NCBI GenBank assembly: GCA_965116685.1
Contig: OZ220707.1
Span: 1,446,566 to 1,510,565, forward strand
Origin: Rhodothermales bacterium
GTDB lineage: Bacteria > Bacteroidota > Rhodothermia > Rhodothermales > Bin80
Direction: 5' to 3'
DNA length: 64,000 nt
Shown here: positions 63,270 to 64,000 of the stretch, piece after piece
How positions within the stretch are numbered: the stretch's first letter is position 1
Layout of the letters: each line of letters begins with the position of its first letter
Notes under the pieces: model-generated
Told to the model about the DNA's origin: nothing
The model's database searches: none
Seen by the model: only the letters and a program-made list of their open reading frames with translations
Program-made: the position numbers and the translations under genes

Positions 63270-64000
63270 GTGTCCTTCATCACTCCCCTTTTTCTGGCTG
63301 CAGGGCTTACCGCACTGATCCCGGTACTGCTGCACCTGGTGAGACGACTCAAGGCCCGTGAAGTGCCGTTCAGCACGCACATGTTTCTGGAGGCAACCCC
63401 GATTCAGAGGGTTCGCCGACGACAGCTGCAGGATATCCTTCTGATGCTGCTTCGGGCTGGGATACTGATGCTTCTGGCACTGCTCTTCGCACGTCCATTC
63501 ATTCCACCCGAAGACTTGCCCTTCCTCCCGGAAGCTGGTCAGGAGTCCGTAGTCATCCTTCTGGATGGATCCTACAGCATGCAATACAATACGCGGTTCG
63601 AAGAGGGCATCGAACAGGCCCGTATACACTTGGAAACAGGCAATGAGTGGGCCCTGGTTCGCTTCAGTGATGCTGCGGAGCAGCTGACCCCACTTGACAA
63701 TGATCTCTCTGTACACGAAGCCGCGCTTGCTGCACAATCCCCCGACTACCGGACCACTGACCTCTACCCTGCCATGCAGCTCGGCGCAGAAATTCTTCAG
63801 GATGCTCGATTTGAACAGCGCCGGATCGTGCTCATCTCCGATTTTCAACAGTCGGCCTTCCGCCCGATCCTGGAAAACCTGCAGTTGCCGGATGATATCA
63901 CCGTCGAACCTGTCAAGGTGGGGGACAGCTCCTCGGAAAATCAATTTTTCGAAGATGTTGAACTCACCCAGGAGCGCCGCGGAACCCTGGTTTCGGTGCA
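63270..64000 (+). CDS. BatA-like protein with N-terminal double-transmembrane domain and vWA-like region (partial, runs off window end)
   Basis: Absent from the ORF track because it is open-ended. The GTG at 63270 gives (M)SFITPLFLAAGLTALIPVLLHLVRRLKAREVPFSTHMFL...RRRQLQDILLMLLRAGILMLLALLFARP, the Bat/aerotolerance N-terminal pattern. This is followed by VVILLDGSYSM (MIDAS-like). It starts 12 nt after DUF58. Confidence 0.8.
   Translation, partial: MSFITPLFLAAGLTALIPVLLHLVRRLKAREVPFSTHMFLEATPIQRVRRRQLQDILLMLLRAGILMLLALLFARPFIPPEDLPFLPEAGQESVVILLDGSYSMQYNTRFEEGIEQARIHLETGNEWALVRFSDAAEQLTPLDNDLSVHEAALAAQSPDYRTTDLYPAMQLGAEILQDARFEQRRIVLISDFQQSAFRPILENLQLPDDITVEPVKVGDSSSENQFFEDVELTQERRGTLVSV

Noticed and set aside
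63240-63944. 234-aa minus-strand ORF at the window end.
   Set aside because: The plus strand from GTG 63270 encodes a clear BatA-type N-terminal double-TM segment and a vWA-like domain, contiguous with DUF58. The minus-strand ORF is its shadow.
1-64000. Scan for rRNA, tRNA, CRISPR, prophage or recognisable anti-phage defence genes (RM, Cas, reverse transcriptase, CBASS-type).
   Set aside because: I found no T-loop-like GGTTCGAATCC motifs or rRNA-like stretches in the intergenic regions I read. There are no phage structural or integrase genes and no hallmark defence domains. This was done by eye only; tRNAscan-SE, Infernal and DefenseFinder would be the decisive checks.

Overview
This 64-kb chromosomal window is about 50% GC by eye. 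It appears to come from a T9SS-bearing FCB-group bacterium (Bacteroidota/Rhodothermota/Balneolota-like). That placement is inferred from CarboxypepD_reg-type TonB-dependent receptors with DUF4249 partners, a PorV-like porin and several T9SS C-terminal sorting domains.

A housekeeping core lies at about 30.8-51.5 kb. It holds two SSS transporters plus a DUF4212 small subunit, MscS, WbqC, LdcA, purN-purH, mreB, mreC-PBP4, hslV-NYN-hslU, and a FemAB-like/membrane/flippase trio.

The flanks encode envelope and accessory functions:
- TBDR/DUF4249 pairs.
- Two identical 1402-bp ISL3 insertion sequences, each with its own 8-bp target duplication. One splits a plant-type LRR T9SS protein.
- Three tandem CRTAC1-like FG-GAP/ASPIC paralogs with a TPR protein and an alpha/beta-fold protein that lacks the nucleophile Ser.
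- A TBDR / T9SS-cargo / PorV-like trio.
- A roughly 2330-aa Calx-beta autotransporter split by a frameshift at a G6 tract.
- A second LRR T9SS protein.
- The start of a DUF58/BatA aerotolerance-type cluster.

The most interesting locus is 19.8-23.0 kb. A lipoprotein there continues, after a 1-nt frameshift, into a LAS/M15 zinc peptidoglycan-peptidase domain (SxHxxGxAxD). It is followed by two signal-peptide paralogs and an orphan copy of the peptidase tail. I read this as a candidate, undescribed cell-wall effector / periplasmic immunity module.

Other points worth a second look are a NYN (PIN-like) nuclease gene wedged inside hslVU, mobile-element debris (an ISL3 relic and a gutted TnpB) between mreB and mreC, and a lipoprotein gene with a single in-frame TAA.

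I saw no rRNA, tRNA or CRISPR array. All calls come from reading the sequence and the ORF translations; no database search was run.
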